This document shows positions 9,681 to 21,400 of a DNA stretch of 64,000 bases, piece after piece (the stretch's first letter is position 1; each line of letters begins with the position of its first letter). Location: assembly GCA_963789265.1 (NCBI GenBank), contig CAWBKB010000001.1, forward strand, positions 672,001 to 736,000, given 5' to 3'. The DNA is from an uncultured delta proteobacterium. Its GTDB lineage: Bacteria > Desulfobacterota > Desulfomonilia > Desulfomonilales > Desulfomonilaceae. The notes below the pieces were generated by a model, which was given only the letters and a program-made list of their open reading frames with translations, was not told the origin of the DNA and did no database searches. Position numbers and translations under genes: made by a program.

Positions 9681-10997
9681 CTACTTCCTTGGTAATGCGC
9701 CGTTATTGTCCTGTTTCAACTTGTCCTCACTTTCCAAGCATGTTGCCAACGCATCCAACACGCTTTGGTAAGCCTCGTCGGTCGACGTACCACCGGGTAC
9801 CGGATTTGATCCGAATTTGGCAACAACCATTCGGGCTTTCGGATCTATGTATAGGCGCTGGCCGTACACACCTCTCGCCATGTAAGCGCCGTTAGGGTTG
9901 TTCATTACCCACCACTGGCTTCGGTACGACCAATTAGCCACCGTGGATTTATCGGTATCCGGAATTGCTTTGCAATGATCTCCACCGTTGGTTATGTCCT
10001 CAACAACACTCTTCGGAACCACCTGTTGCCCGTTCCAATTCCCCATTTGCCTCATCATTTCCCCAAAACGAGCAAAGTCGCGCAGAGTCACGTTCAGTCC
10101 GCCGAATGCCGCCTCCTTCCCTAACCGGTCCACAAGGTAGTAGGCATCGCGGTCAGTTCCAATCTTGCTCCATATCAGCTCTGATACTAGCTCGGACAGC
10201 GACTTGCCCGAAACCTTGCTTACGACCCATGCCAGTACGTCGGCGTTTGGGGACTTGTAACGCACGCACTTGCCATTTGATTGTTCCGATTCTTTCAAGT
10301 TCTGGAGAGCCTCATAAAGATTAGACTGCCCCTGACACTCCTGCGGGCCGGGAATCCACCAGTTGGCTGCGGCCAGATAGCAGCGGATGCAGCGGATGTC
10401 AGATTGAGGGTTCGTTGTGTAATCTTCCAAGAACTTGACATCGACGCGCATATCCATGACCTGTCTGATCGTCGCGTTGCCATAAGCCGAATGAGCAAGT
10501 TCAGGAACGTATTGTGAAACGGGCGCGTTTTCGTCGATCACACCTTCCGATATCATGACAGCCGCAACCAATCCCACGAATGATTTGCTTGCAGAGAAGA
10601 GCAGGTGGCAGGTTTCAGGTCTCATGCACCTTGCATAATGCTCGTAGACGATCCTACCCTTGTGCAGTACAATAACGGCATCGGTGTAGTCGTCAAACTT
10701 CAATTTATCGATCTGTTTCCGGGCCTTGGGCAATGCTACAAGGCATGTGCCTCGATCTACCTGTTTGGTAGGAACAAGTTCGCGGGTATGCTGGTAGGAC
10801 CAGGTGGTGTTAGGGGGCAGGAGCCAGTTCGTTTTCTCCGCAGTAACTGTAACTCGCTTTTCAGGAAGCGGATGAAAACCCTGCATCAATTTTTCAGGGT
10901 CACAATTTGCCGGGTGACTCAGTTCCAGGGGTGCCTGTGCGGCCACTTCGCAGGCGATCAGTACGAGAACGCAAATCATTGTGCCCGCTCGTTTCAT
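9681..10997 (-). CDS. Secreted serine hydrolase, beta-lactamase class C / NylB-like
   Basis: Signal peptide; FSASKS (SxxK); YKSPNAD; ARGVYGQ. Confidence 0.88.
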   Translation of the reverse strand: MKRAGTMICVLVLIACEVAAQAPLELSHPANCDPEKLMQGFHPLPEKRVTVTAEKTNWLLPPNTTWSYQHTRELVPTKQVDRGTCLVALPKARKQIDKLKFDDYTDAVIVLHKGRIVYEHYARCMRPETCHLLFSASKSFVGLVAAVMISEGVIDENAPVSQYVPELAHSAYGNATIRQVMDMRVDVKFLEDYTTNPQSDIRCIRCYLAAANWWIPGPQECQGQSNLYEALQNLKESEQSNGKCVRYKSPNADVLAWVVSKVSGKSLSELVSELIWSKIGTDRDAYYLVDRLGKEAAFGGLNVTLRDFARFGEMMRQMGNWNGQQVVPKSVVEDITNGGDHCKAIPDTDKSTVANWSYRSQWWVMNNPNGAYMARGVYGQRLYIDPKARMVVAKFGSNPVPGGTSTDEAYQSVLDALATCLESEDKLKQDNNGALPRK

Positions 10998-11261
10998 GAT
11001 TTCCCTCCCTCTTTTCCAGCATGCAACATTGGGGATGATGTTGAATATGGACGTACGACACCGCAGGCACAGTCAGAGCAATCCAAAAATCACTGTGCGC
11101 ATTAAGCCCGGATCTGGTGTCAAAACCTGCCCGAAATTTGGGACAAGGGGCAGGCCGGGGCAAGCCATCGGCTCACCCGACAGGAAAAGACGCTTCACTA
11201 TTGACGGCCTTTTTTGACCGATAGTGTTTTCGGGGCGCCCGTTTGAATCTTCCTGCACAGT

Positions 11262-11591
11262 CTAGGCAAGGTCCTTGAGTTCGTCCACATCCACCGCGTG
11301 ATAGAAATTAGCCTCAATGCCCGTATTGGAGATAATCTCCGAGCAATAGCGATGCAGTCCTCGCATATTCTTGGCTAAGCCAACGACGAGAAGAGTCCTC
11401 GCGCCGACCAGACTGTAAGCCCGGGTGTGTTTCGGAACGATCTCCGTTTCGGCTAGTAAGTGATTAAAATCAAGCCACTTACCGAACCTCTCGCGGGCCA
11501 CTTCATCTTCCTGGGAAGTCCAGGTGAATATGGCGGCAAAACGGTAATACGCGCCGTCCAAAAGCTGCTTTTCATCTGATGGCACTCCCAT
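11262..11591 (-). CDS. Hypothetical protein
   Basis: Open frame with GAAAGGAG RBS before ATG 11591; co-oriented behind the cyclase. Confidence 0.6.
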   Translation of the reverse strand: MGVPSDEKQLLDGAYYRFAAIFTWTSQEDEVARERFGKWLDFNHLLAETEIVPKHTRAYSLVGARTLLVVGLAKNMRGLHRYCSEIISNTGIEANFYHAVDVDELKDLA

Positions 11592-11655
11592 GATCCTAAT
11601 TCTCCTTTCAGTTGTTTCTAACTTCACAATGGGCAGATGCAGGGACAGTTTTTGG

Positions 11656-14600
11656 TTAACTCTGTGTGCGACCAGTCTCTATTCTGCGGCACCATCCTTC
11701 GGCGCCACATTGGCTGAACAGCGAAAGGGACCTGGTTAAATAATCGCTCTCCTGGTCCGGCCGACCACGTAATCTCAGTAATTGAGCCAAGACCATGCAA
11801 TCGCTGGCTAGATCCCACTTCATCCCAGCTTCCTCGTGCTTGATTATCGCTGTCTGAAGCCAGGATTCAGCTTCTTCAAAGTGGGCTTCACCTAGATGTA
11901 AGAGGATCTCGGCCAGGTGACGCGCCATTGTTCCGTAGTACAACTTCAGCTTGGTGTTTGTCAGGAGTTTCACCAGGGATGGGACGTCCGGATCCGTTTC
12001 CCCGTCGGCCATGATAGCCCTGGCCAGGGCCATCCTGTTAAGGTTTGCACAAGAAGCAAGCACTCCCGTCTGCTCGCGAAACTCAATGGCTTTTTGATGG
12101 TGGGCACAGGACTTCTTATAATCGCCCTTTTCAAAATAGGTGTACCCTAAGGCCTGATGGCCGACCGCCGGAATAGGATGGTATTCGCAAAGGTCTATTC
12201 CTTTGAGCAGATGCTCTTCCGCTGCTGTGAAAAGCCCTTTGTAAAAACAGGAGATCCCATGGCAGACGTACGCGTGGGCACGTGAATGGATGTCCCCGCT
12301 GTTTTCGGCTATTTCCAGGGCCTTGAGACTCGTAGCAAAACCCTCCTCCACTTTGCCCTGGCTGTTATGCGCGTAGTAACTCAGATGACTGTAAAACGCG
12401 GAAGCCGCCCAAAGGTTCCGAGCGGCTTCCAGTATCCGGATGGCTTTGCGAATGCTTTTGGCTCCGCTATCAAATTGACAGTTCAAGCACAGGGACTCCC
12501 CGTAGTAGAAATGGGCCATGATAGCCGACCGCGCATCCCTCGCCTCCTCGGCACTTTGTACGGCCTTTTGTAAGAGTTCCAGTCCCTGTGGAGGATCCTC
12601 CTCTATTGCACACTGGTAGGCGCCCAATATAAAGTAGATCTGGCCAAGCCGGTTCTTGTGATTGCTTTGCGCGGTCATTTCTATTATTGGCTCTATGGCT
12701 TCTTTAGCCTCTGCAAGACGACCGGCCGTGAACAAAGTCTGACCTTTCCAGATCCTGGTATCGATTAATTGTAATTGAACCTCCGGCGTTGAAGGCAAGC
12801 TCTCCAACCCAACGATCCTCTTTTGGGCGTACGAAATCGCCGAAGGAACAGCGGCCTGAGAGAACGCTCTCTCAGAGGCAAGTCTTGAATAGTCCGCGCT
12901 TTTTTGAAAATCCTCTCCGAGCATAAAATGGTCTGCCAAAGTGCCGCAGTGACTATCGAGGCTGTCCGGATACAGATCTTCGACAGATTTGCCGATCTTT
13001 TGGTGGAGCAGTTTCTTTCTACTGGTCAGTATAGAGTCGTAGACAACCTCGCGTGTGATTGCGTGTCTGAAAATGTATGTCGACTCAGGAAAAATCCCCC
13101 GTTCATAGACAAGTTCCGCATACATGAGAGCAGATAGATAGGAGAGCAGTGTGGGTTCCGGCAATTCCGTTACCGCCTTTATCAACTTGAAACCAAACTC
13201 TCGGCCTACTGCTGACGCAGCCTGAAGCACCTCCTTCGGAGAATCCGGCAACGAATCTACCCGGGCCATTACCGTGTCTTGGATTGTGGAAGGGATAGCC
13301 ACGCGGTCCACGCCCTCCGCCAAGTGGTACGATTCGTTCCGCTTTATGATTTCCATGTCTTTAAGTGCTCTGACAAACTCTTCGATAAAGAAAGGTACTC
13401 CTTCTGTTTTTTCCAATATCAGATCGACGAGATCCATTGCGACGTCGTCGCTGCCCAGAATGTGCGATACCATAGCGAGGCTTTCTCGGTTGGACAGGCG
13501 GTTGAGAGTGAGTGAATTGTGAAAGGACTTGCCTCCCCACGTGTGAACAAATTCAGGCCGATAGGTGAGTATCATCATAATCTTGGCAAGTGGAACACTC
13601 TCCAGCAAGTACTTGGCCGACTCTTCCGAGCTCTTGTCTGTCCAGTGCAGGTCTTCAAAAGCTAATATCAGCGGTCTTCTTTCCGATCCTTTCACGATCA
13701 ACCGTTGCAGAGACTGGAGAATCCGGTCCTTCTTGCCGGCCGGGCTCATAGAGATACTATCGATTCCGCTATCTTTGACGGATAGGAGATCCAAAAGATA
13801 CGGCAGGGTAGAAGTCTCCTCGATCCCCAACGCGGCCAGCCCGCCTTTGACCTTATCTGTCACGTCCGCATCCGTGTCCATGTCCTCCACACTGAAGTTC
13901 GATTTCAGCATGTCCACGATCGGATGATAGGCGCTCTCCCGGCAATAAGAGAGGCACCTCCCTTCCAGAAACAAAATGTTTTCGTTTGCCACGGCCTTCC
14001 TGAATTCATACAGGAGCCTCGATTTTCCAACGCCGGCTTCGCCGATGACGGAAACCGCCTGGCCGTGGCCTGCTTTTGCTTGCTCAAAACTCTCAAGGAG
14101 AAGGTCAAGCTCTCGCTGCCTCCCGATAAAGTAAGTCAACCCACGCTCCGCACTCACATCAAATCTGGTCCTTCTCGTACTTGGAGCGAGCACACGGTAG
14201 ATCTTGACCGGCTTCTTCTTTCCTTTTACTCGTCGCTCGCCCAGGGCTTCAAACCGGAAGAACCCTTCGGTAGGCTTGAAGGTCTCTTCGGTTACATAGG
14301 TTGTCCCGGGCTCCGCCAACTGCTCCATCCTCGCCGCCATATTGATCGTGTCGCCGACTGCCGTAAACTGGACACGAAGATCGTTGCCCAGACTGCCAAC
14401 CACCACCGGGCCGGTGTTTATGCCTATGCGGACCAAGAGGGGAGGAATTCCTTTCGCGTCTCTTAACTTTTCACTGAACCTGATCATCTCGCGGTGGATC
14501 GCCAGAGATGACCGTATAGCCCGCTGAGGAGCGTCTTCCAAAGCTATGGGAGACCCAAACAGTGCTAAGATCCCATCTCCCCTTAATTCATTTACAGTCC

Positions 14601-15012
14601 CTTCAAAATCGTTGACGCAGTTTATAAGGATTTCGAAAACCTGATCCATCAGGGCGAAGGTATCCTCCGGCCCCAGGCTTTCCGCAAGCGGCGTGAAGCC
14701 TTTCATGTCAACGAACATTATGGTGACCTGTCTACGCTCACCTTCTATTTTGTCTCTTTGGGTAAGGATCTTTTCCGTGAGGCCGCCGGGTAGGTAGCGC
14801 TGGATCTTCGTCAGCTTTTCATCGAAAGAGAGAGGTCGTTGAGTTCGGGGATCCTGGAGTGAGATCAGAGTATGACCGCACCGGCCACAGGATTTGGACT
14901 CCGGAGGATAGGAGGAGTTGCATTGGGGGCAGAACAGATCCAGCCTGGCACCGCAATTGCCGCAGAAGTTCATTCCCGCAGGATTCTCAAACCGGCAGTT
15001 CCGGCACTGCAT
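11656..15012 (-). CDS. Class III adenylate/guanylate cyclase with double zinc ribbon, AAA/STAND ATPase and TPR region
   Basis: Four CxxC at the N-terminus; FVDMKGFT, GDG, GDTINMAARME; Walker A GEAGVGKS; helical repeats at the C-terminus. Confidence 0.92.
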   Translation of the reverse strand: MQCRNCRFENPAGMNFCGNCGARLDLFCPQCNSSYPPESKSCGRCGHTLISLQDPRTQRPLSFDEKLTKIQRYLPGGLTEKILTQRDKIEGERRQVTIMFVDMKGFTPLAESLGPEDTFALMDQVFEILINCVNDFEGTVNELRGDGILALFGSPIALEDAPQRAIRSSLAIHREMIRFSEKLRDAKGIPPLLVRIGINTGPVVVGSLGNDLRVQFTAVGDTINMAARMEQLAEPGTTYVTEETFKPTEGFFRFEALGERRVKGKKKPVKIYRVLAPSTRRTRFDVSAERGLTYFIGRQRELDLLLESFEQAKAGHGQAVSVIGEAGVGKSRLLYEFRKAVANENILFLEGRCLSYCRESAYHPIVDMLKSNFSVEDMDTDADVTDKVKGGLAALGIEETSTLPYLLDLLSVKDSGIDSISMSPAGKKDRILQSLQRLIVKGSERRPLILAFEDLHWTDKSSEESAKYLLESVPLAKIMMILTYRPEFVHTWGGKSFHNSLTLNRLSNRESLAMVSHILGSDDVAMDLVDLILEKTEGVPFFIEEFVRALKDMEIIKRNESYHLAEGVDRVAIPSTIQDTVMARVDSLPDSPKEVLQAASAVGREFGFKLIKAVTELPEPTLLSYLSALMYAELVYERGIFPESTYIFRHAITREVVYDSILTSRKKLLHQKIGKSVEDLYPDSLDSHCGTLADHFMLGEDFQKSADYSRLASERAFSQAAVPSAISYAQKRIVGLESLPSTPEVQLQLIDTRIWKGQTLFTAGRLAEAKEAIEPIIEMTAQSNHKNRLGQIYFILGAYQCAIEEDPPQGLELLQKAVQSAEEARDARSAIMAHFYYGESLCLNCQFDSGAKSIRKAIRILEAARNLWAASAFYSHLSYYAHNSQGKVEEGFATSLKALEIAENSGDIHSRAHAYVCHGISCFYKGLFTAAEEHLLKGIDLCEYHPIPAVGHQALGYTYFEKGDYKKSCAHHQKAIEFREQTGVLASCANLNRMALARAIMADGETDPDVPSLVKLLTNTKLKLYYGTMARHLAEILLHLGEAHFEEAESWLQTAIIKHEEAGMKWDLASDCMVLAQLLRLRGRPDQESDYLTRSLSLFSQCGAEGWCRRIETGRTQS

Positions 15013-15204
15013 AAGTTCCCCCACTAGCCCGTGAAGAGAGAGCCCGCCGTTATGATGGTTGAACTCTTATAGAAAACAAGACGCTGAAATGAATAAAATC
15101 TATACTTCCCCCAGGCCACACAAATTAATTTATCAGATGGATATACTTTCGTCAATAAAAGTTACGGCAAACCAGTAACCATTAACTTACAGGGCGCGAT
15201 AGCT

Positions 15205-15283
15205 TGTCATTGCGAGCGTAGCGAAGCAATCTCACAATAGTCAGACAGGAGATTGCTTCGTCTTTGCACTCTTCGCAATGACA
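15205..15283. repeat. Simple TGTCATTGCGAG...CGCAATGACA palindromic element
   Basis: Terminal inverted repeat plus internal GAAGCAATCTC/GAGATTGCTTC pair. Confidence 0.8.
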
Positions 15284-15440
15284 GTGTCGATCAAATCAGC
15301 CAAAAATTTTGTCATTTGGTATAGATTGCTTAGTCGTTTCGCTCCTCGCTATCACAAGTAATCGGATATGCCTCGCCTAAGTGTCGCAAACCGCTTGCGA
15401 TGCTCCGTGCAACTTTTATCAACCGTATGATTTCGAAAGA

Positions 15441-18400
15441 CTATGCCGAAATCCAGCGTAACACCATATCTCGTACCAGCATCACCGTTTGCCCCTCCTT
15501 GTCTACTCCCCGGGCGGTCCATACGAATCCCTCGTCGTTGCGATCGGTTATACGGCCCTCGAGCACAATAGACTCGGCGTTTACACATTTACGGGAGAAG
15601 ACTATCTCTCCGATCCTGTAGGGGATCACTTTTCCGTAGTCTTTCAGCGGCTGTTCATGACGATATTCACGGCTGCCGGCCTTAATGAACGTCCGGTTTC
15701 TAGGCAGGCGCGAGCCCCTGGAGAATTTCTTTCTTTTAGGTGCGACGCTTTCGTGACCGTCAGCAGACTTGCCGGTAGCGGCCAGCAGACGTTTCTGGTG
15801 CTTTCTGCGCATCTCGATGTAGAAGTTGCCGCACATTTGCATCAGCGCCTCCAGGAGATATGGGGAGTACCGATAACAGGTTCGCAGAGGAGGCGCGAAA
15901 TCTTCGCTCTCGTGATATATTAAGCGTGCCCGAACAGCATCGGGCCCGGTGCCGTCCACGCTCTCAAGCACCCTATACCTGCCCTGGTGCAAGCTATCGC
16001 GATACGATTTCAATACCGTTTCATGATTGATAGGTCTACCGTCCAGCTCCTCCTCCCTGACAGGCAAGATCCCGCAATCCACAGAGGAGAATACGGTTTC
16101 GGGACCCAGAATCACTTTCGATTTATAGTTCAAAGTTGTCCGATCTATGACGCGTCCGGTGGGGGAGATCTCGCTGCTGACAAGAGAGGCCTCGCAGACG
16201 ATTTCTCCCGCACTGGAAGGAATTCGGCGGCAGACAATCTCCGAGTGCCGTCCGATACCGCGTGGGCATTCCAGGATGTCCAGAAACTCGATCTCACGTA
16301 TGGCCCGAACCGATAAGTGAGGATATAGCATCCGCGCGGCCTCCATAAAAGCCTCAACAACCATAATTGCCGAGACTAGTTGGTGTTTCACGAACGCGAA
16401 CGGCTTGTGGTCCTCGAGCCAAATATCCTTTTCAAGTGAAAACACCTTCTCGGCGTGCAATTCTCCTTTAACCAGGTCAACCTTAGTGATGGAGTCAATC
16501 ATAGGATACCGATCTCTTGGGAACAGCGCGGTTCCGGACTCCATTTGTCGGTTGGCTGAAGGAGACGTTGACGAATCCAGCAGAACGCTCGGAGCATGGG
16601 GGAGGGACCGCATAAAAAGGACCCAAGCGTCATCCGTTCCCATTGCCAATTCCCTGCCGAACAGAGCAGCCAATTCTTCCACATGCACGTAGCTCGCATT
16701 TACTCTTTGCATCAACTTTCGAATTTCGGGATCGTCAGCCATGCCGACCCCTTCAATTGGCGGGAGCATCAGGGATTTGCACATAAGGGAAGGGGTTTGT
16801 GACCGGAGTTGGGATACCAATCCGGACATCGCTCTGTTTCCGGCCGCGTAATTGACTTGCCCGGGATTTCCCATGACTGCCGACACTGAAGAAAGGCATA
16901 CGAAGAATTTGAGTCCGGCATTCTTGGCCGCTAAGAACAAGTTCCAGGCCCCGCGTAATTTCACATCCACAACCCCGGAGAAGTCTTCACAGGTCATTCG
17001 CTCGGCAAGAGTATCCTTTAGGATGCCGGCACCGTGAACAATGCCGTCTATCTTCCCGTAGCGCTCCAAGATTTGCGCGATGACCCGTTTAGTCCTTTCG
17101 GCGTCGGTCACATCACAAGTGTAGTAATTGGCGTCAACTCCGGCAGATCGTAGTTCCTCCACATTGCGGACGATATCGAGACTTTTCAGGGTCGATGCCT
17201 TGTGCAGGCCGCCCTGGGGAATAACGTCAGAGAGTGATCGCGGGCAATCAATATCCGGGTCGAGTGTTGTCCGACCAAGGAAGATTAATTTACATCCAAG
17301 GGGCGCGAGGATACGTGCCAGTCGATACGTTATGCCGCCAGCTCCGCCGGAGAGAATAACTACGTCTTCTCGAGCCACACCCCGGCGACCGGCCTCGTTG
17401 AATGAGCTTAAGGCCGGCTGCCATTCCCTGGTAAGAACCTTTCCGTTTCTGAATATGATCTCCAGGACCGGCTGGTTTCTGTCGAGGGCTACATTTGCGA
17501 GCGCAGACCAATCCGTATGTTCATCCGTCTGTACTGCACGGAACTGGACGGAAGGATACTCATGGGTGAGGGAGAGAAACATTCCTTGGACTCCTTCGTA
17601 AAGAAGGGTTCCCATTCCGTCAGGCGCAACACCCTCGCGTATAAAAGTGGCAAATTTCTTTGCGGACGAATTTAGAAACGCTTTCAAGACTTCGAACAGC
17701 CCGCAAAGCAGTTTGGATACATCATCAATCCCCTTCACCTTCATCGACAGGAGGTCGTCAAATACGAAGATAATCCCGGCCAGAGACTCCACTTTCGCGA
17801 GCCTGTCCGCAGCCTTTGCCACACTCTCCATTTGACGAAGATCAAATCCTCTGCCGTCTCCGACCTCTTCAAGCGATCCGAATTTCAGATGCCTATCGCT
17901 GCGATCTTTCACAAAAGCCGTTAGAATTTCGCCGCCTCTGTTTGCCTCTTTCCTCGTTGTAAAGACAGCTACCGAATCGCGCCCGGTCAGGTGAATAGTT
18001 TGTGTAGATCCTTGTGGCAAAGACACTTCTTTGCAGACGAGTCGGCGCACAGGCCGTTGATCTTCCCGGCTCGAAGTCTCCGCGTCAGTCCCGGCAATCG
18101 GAGACTCGCGAGTTGGTTTCCGCGTTGATGGCGTTTCTTTCAGCCTATCCGGGGAGACTATCCCTCGAAGTATGTTGGCAAAATCGGCTACAGTCCGGAC
18201 ATCGGAGAAATCTTTCAAGCGAATTTGGATACCGAAGTACCTTTCGGTCTTGTCTACCAGGACTGGAAGTCGGCTGGATCGTATAGAGAGATCTTCTTTG
18301 AGATCCATGGAAGGTTCGATCTCGTTTCTTTCGTACCCCGTCGCATCCATTACGATACGTATAACCGCTTCCGTAAGTTCATCCGTATCTGGCGGAAAAG

Positions 18401-21400
18401 ACCCTTCATCCGAAGGCACAGGTAGCAGGGTGGGCCGAGGAATGCCTGCCTGTTCCCCTGCTCGCGGCAATCGAGGCGGAGGCAGGGAATCTACCTCAAG
18501 ACCCGGAAAGACAGTGGCCAGCGCAGCGTCGAGTTCCCCTTCACTGTAATCACGGTTGTGCTCGCGACGAACGGCGTCCAGGAGAGCCGGCTTAACGTAA
18601 TGACCGAAGCTGTGCCTGACAAAGTCCCTAATTTGGCTAAGCACAACCGAGTCCGTTTCCTCAAGATCCTTTGCCATTGTGCTAAGTGCAGGTGCGGCAA
18701 CCTTTTGAGACTCGAACACGGCCTGCGCGGTACCCCGAGCCGAATCCGAAATCCTCAAGGTTCTATATCTTGCACCCACTGAAAGATGCCCCTCGGCGAA
18801 GAGTTGTGCGAGGGCTGTCCTGTAAGCGCGGTTTTCATTCTCGCGGAAACAGGTATCAATGCAGTCAGCCTCTTCCAAAGTATCCAGGATGAGACCTTTG
18901 AGAAACGCTTCCGGGTCCCACCTCCACAAACAGCCGGATACCGTAGTCATCCCGAAGCGTCCTGACGTTTTGCATCCAGTAAACCGGCGACTCCAGGTGA
19001 GCCAACAGGATCTTCTTGATATCGGAATTATCGGCGGGGAAGGGCTGCCTGGTGGTATTGGAAATTACCGGTATTTGCGGTGGATGGAAGTCTATGCTCC
19101 CCATGAACTCTTCCAATTCGTCACGGACGCATTGCATAGTCGGCGAATGGAAGGCCATGCTGACACGAAGGAAGGTTAGACGGTATCCCTCTTTCTTCAG
19201 TTGCTCGCCAAGGGCTCTCACCGCCTGGGTATTTCCTCCCAGGACCACCTGGCGGGGCGAATTTACGTTCGTGATATAGACGTTGTCGATTTTGCCGACC
19301 GTGTCTTCAAGGTACTCCAGAGGTGCATCCACGGCCATCATTACGCCGGGATCCGTCTGCATACCGCCGGCCTTGTCCATGCACTCGGCCCGCTTGTTCA
19401 CAAGACGGAATCCGTCCTCGAATGAATAAACACCGGCGAGACACAGAGCAGTCCCTTGCCCCAGACTGTGGCCGGCCAGCGCGGCAGGCCGAACTCCCAG
19501 GGAAACCAGGTACTGTACCAGTGCATACTCCATAGTAAACAGAGAAGGTTGCTGCCAACGTGTGTTTCGAAGGTCCTCTTCGGATCCGCGAAACATGATA
19601 CCTAGAAGGTCAAATTCTGCCACCTGAGCCGCACGGTCCATCCATTCACGGATCACTGGAAAAGTCTGATACAAGTCGCGACCCATGCCCTGATACTGCG
19701 AACCCTGCCCCGGAAACACAAAGGCGAGTGGCAAAGGAGACGCTCTCTCTTCTCCCAGGTACACGCCGGTCTTTGCCAATGTCCTGAGTTCTCTGGAAGA
19801 AATGACACCACCATGTGGCGGGCTTTCCGCCTTCTCAATCAGGGAAACGGCTTCAGTTTCGGTATTCGCGACCACACCGACGCGATAAGATCCGGCGCCA
19901 ATCTTGGTTCTGAAGAAGTGGACTCCACCCGGCAACGGCACTGCTGCGCTTCTTTCAGGACGTGGTTCACCCGTGCCGGCGGAAGAAATCAGGGTAACAT
20001 CCGCGGAATCAGCGACTTTCTCCAGTTGGACTATGTAATTGGGGCCGCCAAAGCCGAACGCGTTAATTTGAAGCCGCCTGGCCAGCCCGTCCTTGAGTTT
20101 CCAATCGGAGGGCTCGGCGATAACAGTGAAGCCTGAGTGCTCAAGATTAATAGCGGGATCCGGATTTTCGTAGTTCAGGGTAGGAGGGAAAATCCCTGCG
20201 TTCATCGCCATGATCCCGTGAATGAGACCGTTAACGCCGGACGCACCCAACGTATGGCCTATCTGTGACTTGAATGACGTGAGGACTGTCCGTCTGCCCG
20301 TGTTGAAGAACCGGTGCAGGGCCATGACTTCTTCCACATCACCCTGCAATGTGCCTGTAGCATGGCACTCCACAACCTCCACCTCATCGGGCCCATAGGA
20401 AGCATCATCAAAAGACGCAGCTATAGCCATCTCCTGGGTGACTCTGGAAGACTCAACCATGCCGAAGTTGTTGCTGCTGGCCCCCATTCCGCTAATACAA
20501 GCGTGTACCTTTGCCCCGCGTTTGCGGGCCGTCGATTCTCGTTCGATCACGATCACGCCGCCACCTTCACCCAGGACCATACCGTCCCTTTCAGCGTCGA
20601 ACGGCCGGCTGGCCTGATGGGGCAGCCTCTCAATGCCTGAAACACCTGCCAGCGCACGGAGTGCGGAGAAATGTAGAAAGTGGAACGGAGTTAGAGGCTC
20701 CTCGGCCCCCCCCACAACTGCCGCGTCAATTATGCCGTTGCGGATCATCTGGTAAGCGTTAAAAATAGCAACCAGGGCAGTGGCACACGCAGCAGTAACG
20801 GCAAAACTCGGCCCCTGAAATCCGTATTTATTACAAATGAATCCTGCCGCCGCTGAATTCAGACGGCCCATAAGAGATGTATCGTCAATGGCTGTTCGTC
20901 CGCTTCTGATAGCCTCTTCGGCCGCCTTGCGCACTTCAGGCGTCATAGAGACGACTGTCTGCACCGATTCGACGATTTCCGTGGCCGCGGCCCGGATAAG
21001 TGAATTCGTCAGGGTGGACGCCGCTTCTGCTGCATTTTGGGCAATAAGAACCGCGACTCGGTGGCGCGGTATTCCCGACCGAAGGATTCCCGATGCCTCA
21101 ATGGCTCTTTGCGCCAGCCACTGCGTAATCTTAGTGGACTCGGCCATAGTGTGAAAATCTTGGGGAGATATGCCCAGTTCCTTTCGGGAGATCTCGATGT
21201 TATGGAACGCGGCCATATTGCAGTAGGTTTTTTCAGAAACCCCGGGGCGGGGATCGTAATACAGCTCATGATTCCATTTCGACGGCGGAATACACACCAC
21301 ACCGCTTTTCAGGGCGATGGAGTTGGCCCAGACTTCTTCGGGGCTTTTCCCCAGGGAGTTGATGACGCTCATTCCGGTAATGGCAACTCGCTCTCGGTCC

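Noticed and set aside
15160..15205. GGCAAACC motif suggesting a c-di-GMP-I riboswitch
   Set aside because: Lacks the GAAA tetraloop stem and second hairpin, and points away from the adjacent gene start
18865..18950. Programmed ribosomal frameshift in the synthase
   Set aside because: No slippery heptamer seen, and similar indels throughout the window point to assembly error
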